Counted from the first letter of the stretch, positions 30,911 to 41,399 are shown. The stretch: DNA of 64,000 bases from Polyangiales bacterium (GCA_044229975.1 JBGARZ010000021.1:32001-96000), one strand, 5' to 3'. Translations and numbers: made by a program. The notes: generated from the letters alone by a model not told the origin.

Positions 30911-33900
30911 CGTGCACCCCCAACCGGAGCAGCAACGAGCGGACGCTCGGTGAGCGCGGTGGGCGTCACGTCGAAGACCACGCGCGGGTGCTCCGGGTCG
31001 AAGGTGACCGTGGTGCGGAGCAGTCGCTCGTCGGCGGTTCCTTCGGCCCACAACACGATGAGGTCGGCGGTGCCGCGCGGCCTCGCGCCGCCGCCGCGTC
31101 GCACCTCCAGCGAGAGCGCGGTGGGGCGCTCGGCCAGCGTCGTGGCCTCCAACGGAACCGCCGACGCCACCACATCCGCTCGCTGCGACGGCGCACCGGG
31201 CAGCGTCACCCAGAGCTCGGCGCCATCGTCAGGGTGCGTCCAACGAAGGACGGCCCGCACGGCTCCCGCTCCTTGCGCGGCGGGGCTCCGGCGCCAGCGG
31301 GCGCGGAGCTGCGGCACCGAGGCGGCGGGCAGCGCGGGGTCGTTGGAGGCGATGGCGAGCTCGCAGGCCACCCACGCCACGACCGCTTCGATGAGTGGTG
31401 CCCGTGCGCCCGGAGCGCTCTCGGCGGTCACCCGCTCGGCGAGGCGAATGGCCTCGTCGAGGCGACCGAGCATCCGCGCCGCCCACGCCACGCGCACGAG
31501 AATCTCCGGCGCGTCGGACTGCGACGACGCCAGCGTCTGAAACTGCCGGTACGCCTCGTCGGCCCACCCGTGCGACAGCGCGATGTCGCCCAGCCGCTGC
31601 CGCGCGAAGGGGTCGTCCGGCGCAAACTCCACGATCTCGCTGAAGGCCCGGCGCGCCTCGGGCTCGTCGTGCACCGCGAGCAGCGCTTCGCCCACGGCCG
31701 TACGGACGCGCGCGTCGGCCCGTGGGTCCGATCGGAGTCGCTGTGCCGTGCGGTGCACCTCGTCGGCGTCGCCCGCCGCGGAGGCCGCGTCGAGGGTCAG
31801 CAGCATCAGGTCGAGGTCGTCGGGGAAGCGCCGCGCCAGCGTCTGGAGCAGCGCACGCCGCGCGGCGGGGTCGGTCGCCGTGGTGAGCATCTGCGTGAGC
31901 TGCGATGGGTCGAGCCGACCGAGCCCGAGCTCGCCTACGCGGGAGAGGTCACCCGCGCGCGCCATGGCCCGCATCGCCTGCTGCTGGAGCCAGCGCTTCG
32001 CTCCGCCCTGCGCCGCCCGCGCGAGGGCGATGGCATCGTCGACCGAGCCGTGGGCCGTCGTGATGAGACGCAACAGCGCGACCTCGTCCGACCAGGACGG
32101 GAGCTCGCAGCTCCGGCGCGCGTCACGCAGCACCGAGAGCGCACCGCTGACGCCGGCGTGGGCGCCGAGGCGTTCGCGCCAGAGGGGGATGCGCTCGGCG
32201 AGGGTGACCGCCGCCGCGTCGCTGCAATGAGCCGGACCGGCGGCCACGCTCGTCACTGCGCGACTGCGTTCGGCGTCGGTGGTGGTGCGGTCGTCGCCGT
32301 CGATCTGTCGCGCGGCCTGTTGGGCGGCCTGCTCGCCGCCATGGGCTCTCTCGTCGACGGACGGTTGGGCCGCCGCAGGGTCGGTGGGTGCCTCGCTGGT
32401 GTCGAGGTCGACCCCATCGCGGGAGCGATCGGCCTCGCGTCGGATCTCGTAGCGACGGTTGACCGCATGAGCGCGTGGTCTCGCGGCCGCTTCGGGCGCG
32501 GGCGCCGCCACCACCGGGGCGGGCGCAGCGGGTGGCAGCGGGACCATCTGGGGCGCGATCAAACCACCCGGTACGACGGCCTCTGCCGCTGCCGGGGCCG
32601 CAGCAGGCGAACCCCCCGCGGCCTCGCCGGCCATGCCTCCGATGGAGTCCCCGCCCTCCTCGTTGGCGACGCCGTTTCGCGCTTCGGTCTCGCGGCCGCG
32701 GGTCTGTGCGAGTCGCGGGGCTGCCGACGTGCGGACGGGGCTGTCGCGACGACCGGCCGGTGCGTTGTTGGGCATCGGCGCGCTCTGTGGCGTGGGCGCG
32801 ACGACAGAGGTCGGCGTCGTCACCGGAGGCGGTGCTGGTGGTTCGGCTGAAGCCAAGGAGGGCGCGTCGCTGCGCGAGCAGCCCACCAGCGGGATCAAAT
32901 CGAAGATCGAGAAGTCCCTCACATCGCTGACGGCTGGCGGTGCCGCGTACTGGTCCTCGCCCGGCACGAACAACGACGTAAACGGCGTGATGAGGTGGTA
33001 GCGCGTGCCGAGCTCCACGATCGCCGCGCGTGGTTCGTCGCGCGCCAGCAGGTGCTCCAACCGTGCGCCCGCCCACCGCGCCCGCAGGTCGCCGCGGTCG
33101 GGGATCACCAGGCTGGAGAGCGTCACGGTGCTGGTGCGTTCGACGCCGTGCCACCGCGCGCGAACCGTCACCCGACTCGGGGGCTCTGCCACCGCGCGAC
33201 CGAGCACCTCCAGCGGTTCGCCCGCCGGGAGGTCGACGGCCTCCGTCGGGTACACCCGCTCGACCTCGGGCCCGAGGTCGGCGCGAAAGCCGCGCACCAG
33301 CGGCCGCGCCATGTGCGAGAGCAGCGTCATCGCGGTGCGCGCGACCTCCGACCGATCGACCACCCGCGCGGCCAATCCCGACGGCTCGGCGATGCCCGTC
33401 AGCAGGTCGAGCCGCGGCCCTTCGCCCATCGCCACGGCGTAGAACCTCGGCCTCGGCTGCATCCGCGCCAGCCTCGCGCGCAGCTCCGAGAGCTCCCGCT
33501 CGCCGACCGTTCCCCGACCGTCGCCGAGGTACACGATCGCGCCGTTGCGCTCGGGGTCGAGCGCGGCGTGCGCGGCCTCCACCATCGCCAGCAGGTCCGT
33601 CGCGCCGCCGAGGCGGTCACGCGCGAGGGCGTCGAGCGAGGCGTTGCGCGCCTCAGCGCTCGCAGCATCGAGTCGCATCACGGTCTTGCCCAGCGGGCGC
33701 ACGCCGACGTCGCCCGCCGCGACCAGCACCCGGTCGCGCGCCGTGAGCGACGAGGTCAGCGCGTCGACGAACGCCAACTGCAACGCCGCCGCATCGGACC
33801 CGGTGGCCGCCGAGTGGTCGGCGATGACCACCACATCGACGCCGTCATCGTGAGCCGCGCGCGCCGCTCGCTCCGGCGCCTGCACCGAGACGCGGATGAA

Positions 33901-35217
33901 GGCGCCGCGGTCGTTGCCCTGGGTCTCGCCCGGGCTGCGAAGGATGGTTCCGTCGGAGGGGGGCGCGCCGAGGAGGTCGAGCACGAAGTCCGCGGTCGGC
34001 GTGGTGTCGCTGCGGCGCAGGGTGAGGGTGGTGCCGTCGACGACGGTGCCGCTGCTGGCGCGCACCTCGCGGATGGCGGTGCGCGAGAGGTCCACCTCGG
34101 CGCGGAGCTCGCCGATGGAGGTCCCCACACCGGAGAGCGGCAGACGGTAGCTGCGACGACCATCGGGCGTCGGGTTGAGCCACTGGGTGTACGTGACGAG
34201 GATGCGCCGCGCGCTCCCCGCCACGACCGGGAAGAGCCGAGCGTGGTAGCGACCGGGCGCGTCCCACTCCAACAGCGCGGGGTCGAAGGGACTCCCCGCG
34301 TACACCTGCGCCTGGTACTGCGCGGCGGCCGAGGCGCGCTCCTGCACGATGGCGTCGACCATGTTGCCGCGGCGCTCGACCGCGAAGCGTTGCAGCACCG
34401 CCCCGTGCGGAACGGTCAACGTATACAGCCCCTCGACCGTGTCGGCCGACGGGTTGAAGAAGGTCTGCTCCAGCTCGGTCACCGCGAGGTCGCCCACCAC
34501 CGAGACCCGTGCGTCGACCCGCTGCAACACCAGCGGCCACCGCGGCCGACCCACGTCGTCGGGACGCCGCGCCGACACCGCGCCGAGCTCCGTCGCGCCC
34601 GCCGTCGAGACGCCCCGCGCCGTCGCGTCGGCGAGGCCGCCCGTCCAGTCGTCGAAGAGCCGCCGCGCTGCGACCGTCGCCTGATCGCCCCGCAGCGCGC
34701 CGTGCTCGCCCGTACGAACCACCCCCTGCCGGTCGCGCAGCGCCCAGGTCACCTCGCCCTCCAGCACGTCCACCTCGGCGCCGTCGCCCTCGCGCCGAAC
34801 GCTCGCCCGCGCCCCGTCCAGGCGCAGCGTCGTCACGCCCGCGCGCAGCGTCGCACCCGCGCCCCGCACGCTCGTCGCGCCGCGCTCGATCCACACGCGG
34901 CCGGTGTCGAGGGTGACCGTCCCGTCGTCGCCCACCCGCACGGCGCTGTCGTGGTCGAGCAGCAGCCGCTCGCCGTGGTCGAGCCCGAGCACCGCACGAC
35001 CCGAGGCGTCGGTGCGCACGAGCGCGCCTCGCTCGACGCGCAGCAGGTCTTCGACGGGGCGGGAGTGCGAGCCCTCCACGACGGTGATGCCGGCGCGCAC
35101 GCGCTCCACCTCGCCTACTGTCGGGACGATCGCGACGGACCGCCCAGGGCAACCGGTACCGAAGGCGGAGAGCGCGACGAGGCACGACGCCTGGAGGAAA
35201 AGAGAGCGTGAGCGCAT
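30907..35217 (-). CDS. Lipoprotein with FecR-like, VIT, vWA and TPR domains (paralog A)
   Basis: Lipobox GTGC, VIT (GDLAVTELEQTFFNP...EGLY...ERASAAAQY...DPALLEW), vWA (IADHSAA, GATDL, YLGDG), LITPFTSLFV, TPRs, LRWTHPD. Confidence 0.87.
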   Translation of the reverse strand: MRSRSLFLQASCLVALSAFGTGCPGRSVAIVPTVGEVERVRAGITVVEGSHSRPVEDLLRVERGALVRTDASGRAVLGLDHGERLLLDHDSAVRVGDDGTVTLDTGRVWIERGATSVRGAGATLRAGVTTLRLDGARASVRREGDGAEVDVLEGEVTWALRDRQGVVRTGEHGALRGDQATVAARRLFDDWTGGLADATARGVSTAGATELGAVSARRPDDVGRPRWPLVLQRVDARVSVVGDLAVTELEQTFFNPSADTVEGLYTLTVPHGAVLQRFAVERRGNMVDAIVQERASAAAQYQAQVYAGSPFDPALLEWDAPGRYHARLFPVVAGSARRILVTYTQWLNPTPDGRRSYRLPLSGVGTSIGELRAEVDLSRTAIREVRASSGTVVDGTTLTLRRSDTTPTADFVLDLLGAPPSDGTILRSPGETQGNDRGAFIRVSVQAPERAARAAHDDGVDVVVIADHSAATGSDAAALQLAFVDALTSSLTARDRVLVAAGDVGVRPLGKTVMRLDAASAEARNASLDALARDRLGGATDLLAMVEAAHAALDPERNGAIVYLGDGRGTVGERELSELRARLARMQPRPRFYAVAMGEGPRLDLLTGIAEPSGLAARVVDRSEVARTAMTLLSHMARPLVRGFRADLGPEVERVYPTEAVDLPAGEPLEVLGRAVAEPPSRVTVRARWHGVERTSTVTLSSLVIPDRGDLRARWAGARLEHLLARDEPRAAIVELGTRYHLITPFTSLFVPGEDQYAAPPAVSDVRDFSIFDLIPLVGCSRSDAPSLASAEPPAPPPVTTPTSVVAPTPQSAPMPNNAPAGRRDSPVRTSAAPRLAQTRGRETEARNGVANEEGGDSIGGMAGEAAGGSPAAAPAAAEAVVPGGLIAPQMVPLPPAAPAPVVAAPAPEAAARPRAHAVNRRYEIRREADRSRDGVDLDTSEAPTDPAAAQPSVDERAHGGEQAAQQAARQIDGDDRTTTDAERSRAVTSVAAGPAHCSDAAAVTLAERIPLWRERLGAHAGVSGALSVLRDARRSCELPSWSDEVALLRLITTAHGSVDDAIALARAAQGGAKRWLQQQAMRAMARAGDLSRVGELGLGRLDPSQLTQMLTTATDPAARRALLQTLARRFPDDLDLMLLTLDAASAAGDADEVHRTAQRLRSDPRADARVRTAVGEALLAVHDEPEARRAFSEIVEFAPDDPFARQRLGDIALSHGWADEAYRQFQTLASSQSDAPEILVRVAWAARMLGRLDEAIRLAERVTAESAPGARAPLIEAVVAWVACELAIASNDPALPAASVPQLRARWRRSPAAQGAGAVRAVLRWTHPDDGAELWVTLPGAPSQRADVVASAVPLEATTLAERPTALSLEVRRGGGARPRGTADLIVLWAEGTADERLLRTTVTFDPEHPRVVFDVTPTALTERPLVAAPVGGAR

Positions 35218-35372
35218 GGGTTCCCCTGCGAGTGGATGGACTTCCGCCGCGCGCATCGTACGGCGCAGCCGCGCGGGATGACAGCAACGACACTCCGAGG
35301 CGGAGCGTCCTTTGATCGACGGGGTGCTGACACCGCCGCGCGTGATGGGTTTCGGCGCGCGGGCGATTCGCG

Positions 35373-37205
35373 CTACGGAGCCGGGGTCGGCGTCTCGGCG
35401 GGCGGCGGGGTCGGCGTCTCGGCAGGCGGCGTCGCGGGAGCCGGGGTCGTGGGCGGCGTCGCGGGCTCGGTGCGCGCGAAGGTCCACCGATACGCGAGGG
35501 TCATCGGCGCCGGAGGCGGGTTGCGGAAGGTCATTCCCCGCACGAGGCCCGACACACACTCGGCGACCGCGGGCGCCGCGGGGAGACCACGAACGGAGAT
35601 CTCGGAGGTGCGCCCGTCGGCGCCCACGACGCAGCTCACGATGAGCTCGCCCGCGAGCGTGGGGTTGTGCTCCGACGCCTGCTCGAAGCACGCGTGGACG
35701 TCGACGCGCCGGTCGCGGAGCTGCGCCTCCAGACGATCTTGCAGGGCACTCTCGTTGGGGGCCTCACCGGCATCGGCGCGGGCGGCGACCACGGGCGCCA
35801 CGGGTCCGGGTCGAACGACCGGGTTGGCGACCGGGTTGGCGACCGGCGTCACGACCGTCGGCGTCACGACCGTCGGCGCCGGGCCCGCGTCGGTCTCGGA
35901 GGGCGCGAACACCATCGCCGTCGTCCCACCCGCGTCCACCGTCACGTTGACGGCGACGGGCGCGGCGGTCTGGGCGTCGACGATCGCCGCGGTGCTCGGC
36001 AGGCTCGGTGGCAGCGGCTGGGTGGCGCTGCGGCGCAGGCCCATCGCGACGGCGAAGACCACGGCCGCACTCACCAGCGCGCCGACGAGCACGTACCCGA
36101 CCTGTCCCATGAGCCGCGACGGCGGCGCTTCGGGCAGCGAGGTCATCGATGGCTGGCTCGACGCGGGACCATCGAGCGTAAACGGCGTCTCGTCGCGGTG
36201 GATCTCCGCGTCGAGGTCGATGACCGGCGGGCGGCTGAGCGCACGCATCGGACGCAGGCTCGGCGACTCGAGCACCGGGAGCAGCTCGCTCAACGCCTCG
36301 TTGGCGTCGCGGAAGCGCTGGTCGGCCTCGCGCACCACGCACCGCGCGAACCACGCGTCGAAGCGCGGCGGCAGGAGGTGCCCGACGCCGTACTCCGCGG
36401 CGCGCACCGAGGCGGGCTCCAACGGCTGCATCAGCACCTCGGTGAGCTGCTGCATGATGGTCGAGCTCGGCGAGTTGGCGATGCGCCAGTAGACCTTGCC
36501 CGTGAGGAGGTTGAAGGCGATGAGCCCGAGCGCCCAGATGTCCGTCTGCGGCGCGATCTGACCGCTCAGGCCCGCCTGTTCGGGGGCCATCCAGCGCGGA
36601 GAGCCCACCGCCTGCGTGGCCGAGCCCTGCGTCGACGACTCCTGCACCAGCTTGGCGAGGCCGAAGTCGAGGATCTTCACCGTGAAGGGGATGCCCTCCC
36701 GCCGCGGCAGGGCGAGGAAGATGTTTTCGGGCTTGAGGTCGCGGTGCACGAGCCCCTCGCGGTGCGCGCCGCCGAGCCCGTGGCAGAGCTGACGAAACAT
36801 CTCCGCGACCTCGGGCTTCGTGAAGGTGCCGCGCTCGGCGAGGGCGGTCTTCATGTCGCTGCCCTGGAGGAGTTCCATGGCGATCCATGGGGTGTTGGTC
36901 TCCTCCTCGACGCCGGCCGTGACCATCTCGACGATGTGGTCGCTCTCCACCGCGGCGGTGGCCTGTGCCTCCTGGATGAAGCGCAGCCGCGTGCGGTCGT
37001 CGCCCTCGTACTGGGCGTGCATGATCTTCAGCGCGCGGCGCTTGCCGGTGGAGAGCTGCACCGCCTCGTAGACGGTGCCCATTCCCCCGGCGGCGATGCG
37101 CTGCACCACGCGGAAGTCCCTTCCGAAGATCGCGCCTGGTGCAAGCTGTTCGGCCATAGAAGAGGGAACCGTCCCGTCCGGCAAAGTCGTTAGCCCCGTC
37201 GACAC
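35373..37205 (-). CDS. Ser/Thr protein kinase with TM helix and C-terminal AgmX/PglI (TonB-C-like) domain
   Basis: IAAGGMGTVY, RALK, HRDLKPEN, DFG, GSPRWMAPEQ. C-terminal VHACFE...LAGEL...VGADG...AECV. Alternative start ATG 37157. Confidence 0.92.
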   Translation of the reverse strand: MSTGLTTLPDGTVPSSMAEQLAPGAIFGRDFRVVQRIAAGGMGTVYEAVQLSTGKRRALKIMHAQYEGDDRTRLRFIQEAQATAAVESDHIVEMVTAGVEEETNTPWIAMELLQGSDMKTALAERGTFTKPEVAEMFRQLCHGLGGAHREGLVHRDLKPENIFLALPRREGIPFTVKILDFGLAKLVQESSTQGSATQAVGSPRWMAPEQAGLSGQIAPQTDIWALGLIAFNLLTGKVYWRIANSPSSTIMQQLTEVLMQPLEPASVRAAEYGVGHLLPPRFDAWFARCVVREADQRFRDANEALSELLPVLESPSLRPMRALSRPPVIDLDAEIHRDETPFTLDGPASSQPSMTSLPEAPPSRLMGQVGYVLVGALVSAAVVFAVAMGLRRSATQPLPPSLPSTAAIVDAQTAAPVAVNVTVDAGGTTAMVFAPSETDAGPAPTVVTPTVVTPVANPVANPVVRPGPVAPVVAARADAGEAPNESALQDRLEAQLRDRRVDVHACFEQASEHNPTLAGELIVSCVVGADGRTSEISVRGLPAAPAVAECVSGLVRGMTFRNPPPAPMTLAYRWTFARTEPATPPTTPAPATPPAETPTPPPAETPTPAP

Positions 37206-37334
37206 AACGCTGTCAACCGCGGCGTCGACGTGATGACTGGCGCCTCACGTCGGGCGCCGCCGACATCAGAACCCGCTGGCGCGCTGCCTCTTTGCTTGAC
37301 TTCACCCCGGCGGCTGCCCGACCAATCGAAGCCT

Positions 37335-38333
37335 ATGGTGGAGCACCGGTTTCTCCGTCGGGGACTCGCCGTCGTCGTCGCTGCGTCCGCCGCGCTCGCC
37401 GTGGTCGCGCCCTCCGTCGCCGACGCGCAAGACCGCTTCAACACCCGCGTCGGCCGGGTCACCAACGGGCTGTACCTCCGCAACAGCACCGTGCTGCGGG
37501 TCAACCCGCTGGGGCTCTTCAACGACCTCCGCGTGGGCTACCGCCACCGCATCTTCGACCGGCCCGACAACCCCATCGTGCTGCGCAACACCTACTGGGC
37601 GGCGGCGGGCAGCCTCGCGGTCTCGCCGGGCTTCGTGCGCGCCGGGGCCGCGGTGGAGTTCGCCCCGCTCGCGGTGCTCAACCTGTCGGCGGTGTTCGAG
37701 CGGGTGCAGTGGTTCGGCACCTTCAGCTTCGTGCAGTCGTACGACAACGCCAACGCCAACTTCTCCGACAGCGCCATCGCCAACCCCTCCATCGCGATGC
37801 GCGGCCCGCCCACCGCCGAGGCCGCGGGCGGTTGGATGCTCACCCTCCAGGGAATCCTCCAGGCGAAGGTCGGCGACCTCGCCATCCGCAACACCTTCCG
37901 GGGTGTCTGGAACTCCCTCTCCCTCACCAACAACCGCCCGGTCTTCTACGACAGCTTCTACGACGCGATGTCCCCCAACAACGGGTGGACGCTCACCAAC
38001 GACCTCGACCTCATCTATCAAAACACCGAGATGGGCTTCAACGTGGGCGTTCGCTTCACGGCGGTCGTCCCGCTCTACCGCACCGCCGACTGGGGCAACG
38101 ACGGGCAGGCGCAGCCCGGCTTCGGCGATCGCAATGGCCCCACGCTCCGGGTCGGTCCGCTCGTGTCGTACACGTTTCGCGAGGGGCGACACTCGTTCTT
38201 CAACGCGCCGACGGTCTTCGTGCTCGCGCAGTGGTGGGTCGCCCATCGCTACCGCACCGGCGGCTGCGACGAGTGCATCCCGGCGGGCCTCCCGATGATC
38301 GCGGTGGGCTTCGCCTTCCGCGGCGACACCTGA
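37335..38333 (+). CDS. Exported protein, probable outer-membrane beta-barrel
   Basis: Signal peptide (ADA|Q), amphipathic aromatic-rich strands, ends IAVGFAFRGDT. Confidence 0.6.
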   Translation: MVEHRFLRRGLAVVVAASAALAVVAPSVADAQDRFNTRVGRVTNGLYLRNSTVLRVNPLGLFNDLRVGYRHRIFDRPDNPIVLRNTYWAAAGSLAVSPGFVRAGAAVEFAPLAVLNLSAVFERVQWFGTFSFVQSYDNANANFSDSAIANPSIAMRGPPTAEAAGGWMLTLQGILQAKVGDLAIRNTFRGVWNSLSLTNNRPVFYDSFYDAMSPNNGWTLTNDLDLIYQNTEMGFNVGVRFTAVVPLYRTADWGNDGQAQPGFGDRNGPTLRVGPLVSYTFREGRHSFFNAPTVFVLAQWWVAHRYRTGGCDECIPAGLPMIAVGFAFRGDT

Positions 38334-38357
38334 CGGCCGGGTGATAGAACCGTCCGT

Positions 38358-39398
38358 ATGACAACGGCGTGGCGGTTGATGCAGGGAGTGGCGCTGCTCG
38401 CGGGCTGCCACAACAGCGACGGGTTCGTGACGATTCCGCGCGATGCCGGCCCGACGCCCGCCGACGTTCGCGCGATGGACGTTCCCGCCACGCCGGTCGA
38501 CCGACCCGTGGTGGTCACCGACGTCCCGCTCGATGTTGGTGCGCCCGTCGACACCGGCCCCGTGGTGCTCGGTCCCGACCCGGTGGCCTTCACCGGAACG
38601 CTCCCCACCACCGTGGGTCGCAGCACCGGGCAGCTCACCATCGGCGGTCGCGCGCGGTCGATGCTCGTCTACCTCCCCACGACGCGTAGCGCGTCACCGC
38701 CGCTGCTGGTGCTCTTCCACGGCACCAACGACACCAACGACGCCGTCTTCTCGGAGAGCGCGGCGCAGCGCGTGGCCGACGCCAACGGCGTGGTGGTCAT
38801 CGCCCCGCAAGCGGTCGAGCAGACCGTCTCGGACTGGGATCACCCCGACTCGCAGGGCGTGTGGTGGCAGACCTATCCGAGCGTCAACCCCGACACCAAC
38901 GCCGACATCCTGCTGGTGCGCTCGATCCTCGTGGCGGCGCAGCGCGCGTACGCGGTCGACCCGACGCGCATCTACCTGCTGGGTCATTCCAACGGGGCGT
39001 TCTTCACGCAGCTCCTGGCCAACACCATCGGTGAGCGTGTTGCGGCGTGGGCGTCGAGCTCGGGCGGTCTGTGCAACTGCCCCACGCGCCCCGACTGCAC
39101 CTTCGTCGGCCGCGGAAGCTCCTGCGCCGACCTCGCCCGCCAGTCGGGGTGGTGCGCGTGTACGGGTCCCGACAAGCCGGGCCCCATCCGCACGACGGGG
39201 CGCCGCCCGCCCGCGTACGTCACCCACGGCTCCAACGACGACATCGTCTCGGTGAACTTCTCCTGCACGCTCGCGAGCCGTCTCGCGGCCGCGGGCTTCG
39301 AGGTCGAGACGGTGATCCGCGACAACGAGCAGCACGTCATGCCCGACGACTTTGCCGTCACCGTGTGGCCGTGGCTCTACCGCCACCGCCGCGACTGA
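38358..39398 (+). CDS. PHB-depolymerase/LpqC-like alpha/beta-hydrolase lipoprotein
   Basis: Lipobox LAGC, PLLVLFHG, VDPTRIYLLGHSNGA, HGSNDDIV, His near the C-terminus. Confidence 0.85.
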   Translation: MTTAWRLMQGVALLAGCHNSDGFVTIPRDAGPTPADVRAMDVPATPVDRPVVVTDVPLDVGAPVDTGPVVLGPDPVAFTGTLPTTVGRSTGQLTIGGRARSMLVYLPTTRSASPPLLVLFHGTNDTNDAVFSESAAQRVADANGVVVIAPQAVEQTVSDWDHPDSQGVWWQTYPSVNPDTNADILLVRSILVAAQRAYAVDPTRIYLLGHSNGAFFTQLLANTIGERVAAWASSSGGLCNCPTRPDCTFVGRGSSCADLARQSGWCACTGPDKPGPIRTTGRRPPAYVTHGSNDDIVSVNFSCTLASRLAAAGFEVETVIRDNEQHVMPDDFAVTVWPWLYRHRRD

Positions 39399-39414
39399 CG
39401 CATCCTTCCGCGTC

Positions 39415-40065
39415 ATGGACACCGCCTGGATCGCTGGAGCCACGGGGCTCGTCGGCTCGCAGCTCCTGACGCAACTGCTCGACGCTCCGCAGGTGAGCGC
39501 CGTCGTCTCGCTCGGTCGTCGGCCCACCGGGGTCACCCACCCGAAGCTCACCGAGCGCTCGGTGGACTTCGCCCACATCGACACGGCGGGTCTGCCCGCG
39601 CCGACGGTCGCGCTGTGCTGCCTCGGGAGCACCATCAAGAAGGCCGGCAGCAAGGAGGCCTTCCGCGCGATCGACCACGACGCGGTGGTCTCCTTTGCGA
39701 AGGCTGCGAAGGCTGCGGGCGCGACGCGCTTCCTGGTGGTGTCGTCGGAGGGCGCCGACGCGGGGTCGATGTTCTTCTACAACCGGGTGAAGGGCGAGGC
39801 GGAGGCGTCGTTGCGGGCGCTGGGTTTCGCGTCGCTGGCCATCGCGCGGCCGTCGCTGCTCCTGGGCGAACGCAGCGAGTCGAGGCCGGGGGAGCACGCG
39901 GCGGCGGCGGTGGCGCGCTTCCTGGCGCCGGTGATCAAGGGCATCGGGGCGCGGCCCATCGAGGACCACGTCGTGGCGCGGGCGCTGGTGGCGCTCACGC
40001 GCGATCCGCCGAAGGGCGCGGAGGTGATCCACTCGGGGCGCTTGCAGGAGCTCGGCGGGGGCTAG
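39415..40065 (+). CDS. NAD(P)-binding oxidoreductase (YraR/TIP30-like)
   Basis: IAGATGLVG, CCLGSTIKKAGSKEAFRAID, FYNRVKGE, RPSLLLGER. Confidence 0.92.
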   Translation: MDTAWIAGATGLVGSQLLTQLLDAPQVSAVVSLGRRPTGVTHPKLTERSVDFAHIDTAGLPAPTVALCCLGSTIKKAGSKEAFRAIDHDAVVSFAKAAKAAGATRFLVVSSEGADAGSMFFYNRVKGEAEASLRALGFASLAIARPSLLLGERSESRPGEHAAAAVARFLAPVIKGIGARPIEDHVVARALVALTRDPPKGAEVIHSGRLQELGGG

Positions 40066-41399
40066 TCGAGCAGGCGTTCGAGGCGGCCCGTCGCCGTGAG
40101 CAACTGCGCCCGGGAGAGCGCGAAGTTGAGCCGCGCGCGCACCACGGCGATGCGGGCCGAGGCGTCGGCGGCCTGCGCGTCGACGACCTCCAACAGCGTC
40201 CCGGCGCCGCCCTGGTAGCGGCCGGTCGCGAGTTCGAGGTTGGACGCCGTGCCCGCGGCGAGGCGCTCGGACTGCTCGACCTGGGCGCGCGCGGAGCGTG
40301 ACGCGACCGCGGCCTGCACGGCGGCTGTACGCACGGCGAGCGACTGCGCGTTGAGCGTCTCCTGCGCCGTGGCGACGGACGCATCGGCGACGTCGGCGGC
40401 CGCGGCGAGCGAGCGGTCGAACACCTGCCAGCTCAGGCTCAGACCCCCGGAGACGGTCTCCGAGACGCCGCCGAGGCTGCGGCCGGCGAGCACCTCGTTG
40501 TAGCCGACGCTCGCGTTGGCGTTGGCGGTGAGCGCCGGGCGGCGGTTGGCGTGCGCGAGGTCGGCCTGCGCCTGCGCCTGGGCGACGCGGTGCCTCGCGG
40601 CGGCAAACTCGGGTCGCGCGGCGACGGCCTCGGTCGCGGCGCGGGCGGGGTCGTCGTCGGCGGCGAGCGCCTCGTCGGGGAGGCGAACGATCTCGATGGG
40701 CACGGCCGGGTCGAGACCGAGGGACGCAGCGAGGGCGGCGCGATCGCTGGCGGCGCGGGCTTCGGCGATGGTGAGGTCGAGGCGTCCGGCGTCGAGGTCG
40801 ACCTGGGCGCGCACGGCCTCGTTGGGCCCCGCGGCGCCGGCCTCGACGCGGCCCTGGGCGATGCGGAGGCGGGCCTCGCGCTGGGTCACGGTGATGCGCG
40901 TGGTCTCGATGGCTTCGAGGTCGGCGAGCACGGTGAGGTACTGCGTGGCGGCCGACGAGAGGGCCTGGAGCGCGGCGGCGCGGGAGTCTTCGCGCAGGGC
41001 GTCGCGGGCGCGCTCGGAGGCGCGGACGTTGGCGGAGGTGCGACCGAAGTCGAAGAGGTTCCAGCGGGCGGCGGCGGTGGCGTCGATGTTGATGCTCGAC
41101 CCCTGGAGGCGCTGCGCGGGCGTGGTGTCGGTCGCCGGGAGAAAGGGCCGATCGGAGAAGCTGATGGATGGCGACGTGCTGACACCGAGGGTGGGGAGCC
41201 ATCCGGCGCGGGCCTGCTCGATCTGGGCGTTGGCGGCCGTGACCCGGGCGACCGCGGCGCGCACCGTGGGCGGCAGGCGCGCGGCGAGGCGGAGGGCCTC
41301 GACGAAGGTGACGGTGCGCTGCTCCTGCGCCGAAGCGACGGAGGGCAGGGCGAGGGTGAGGGCGAGGGCGAGGGCGAGGGGAGGGGTGCAGCGGCTCAC
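40062..41399 (-). CDS. TolC family outer-membrane protein
   Basis: Two OEP repeats (ARAGWLPTL...WNLFDFG; RPALT...LSWQVFD; RYQGG.GTLLEVVDAQ). Start placed at the GTG before the signal peptide. Confidence 0.9.
   Translation of the reverse strand: MSRCTPPLALALALTLALPSVASAQEQRTVTFVEALRLAARLPPTVRAAVARVTAANAQIEQARAGWLPTLGVSTSPSISFSDRPFLPATDTTPAQRLQGSSINIDATAAARWNLFDFGRTSANVRASERARDALREDSRAAALQALSSAATQYLTVLADLEAIETTRITVTQREARLRIAQGRVEAGAAGPNEAVRAQVDLDAGRLDLTIAEARAASDRAALAASLGLDPAVPIEIVRLPDEALAADDDPARAATEAVAARPEFAAARHRVAQAQAQADLAHANRRPALTANANASVGYNEVLAGRSLGGVSETVSGGLSLSWQVFDRSLAAAADVADASVATAQETLNAQSLAVRTAAVQAAVASRSARAQVEQSERLAAGTASNLELATGRYQGGAGTLLEVVDAQAADASARIAVVRARLNFALSRAQLLTATGRLERLLD

Noticed and set aside
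27263..35211. Very long plus-strand ORFs (1425, 620 and 738 aa) and similar antisense ORFs elsewhere
   Set aside because: They are shadows of real genes in high-GC DNA, with no domain motifs.
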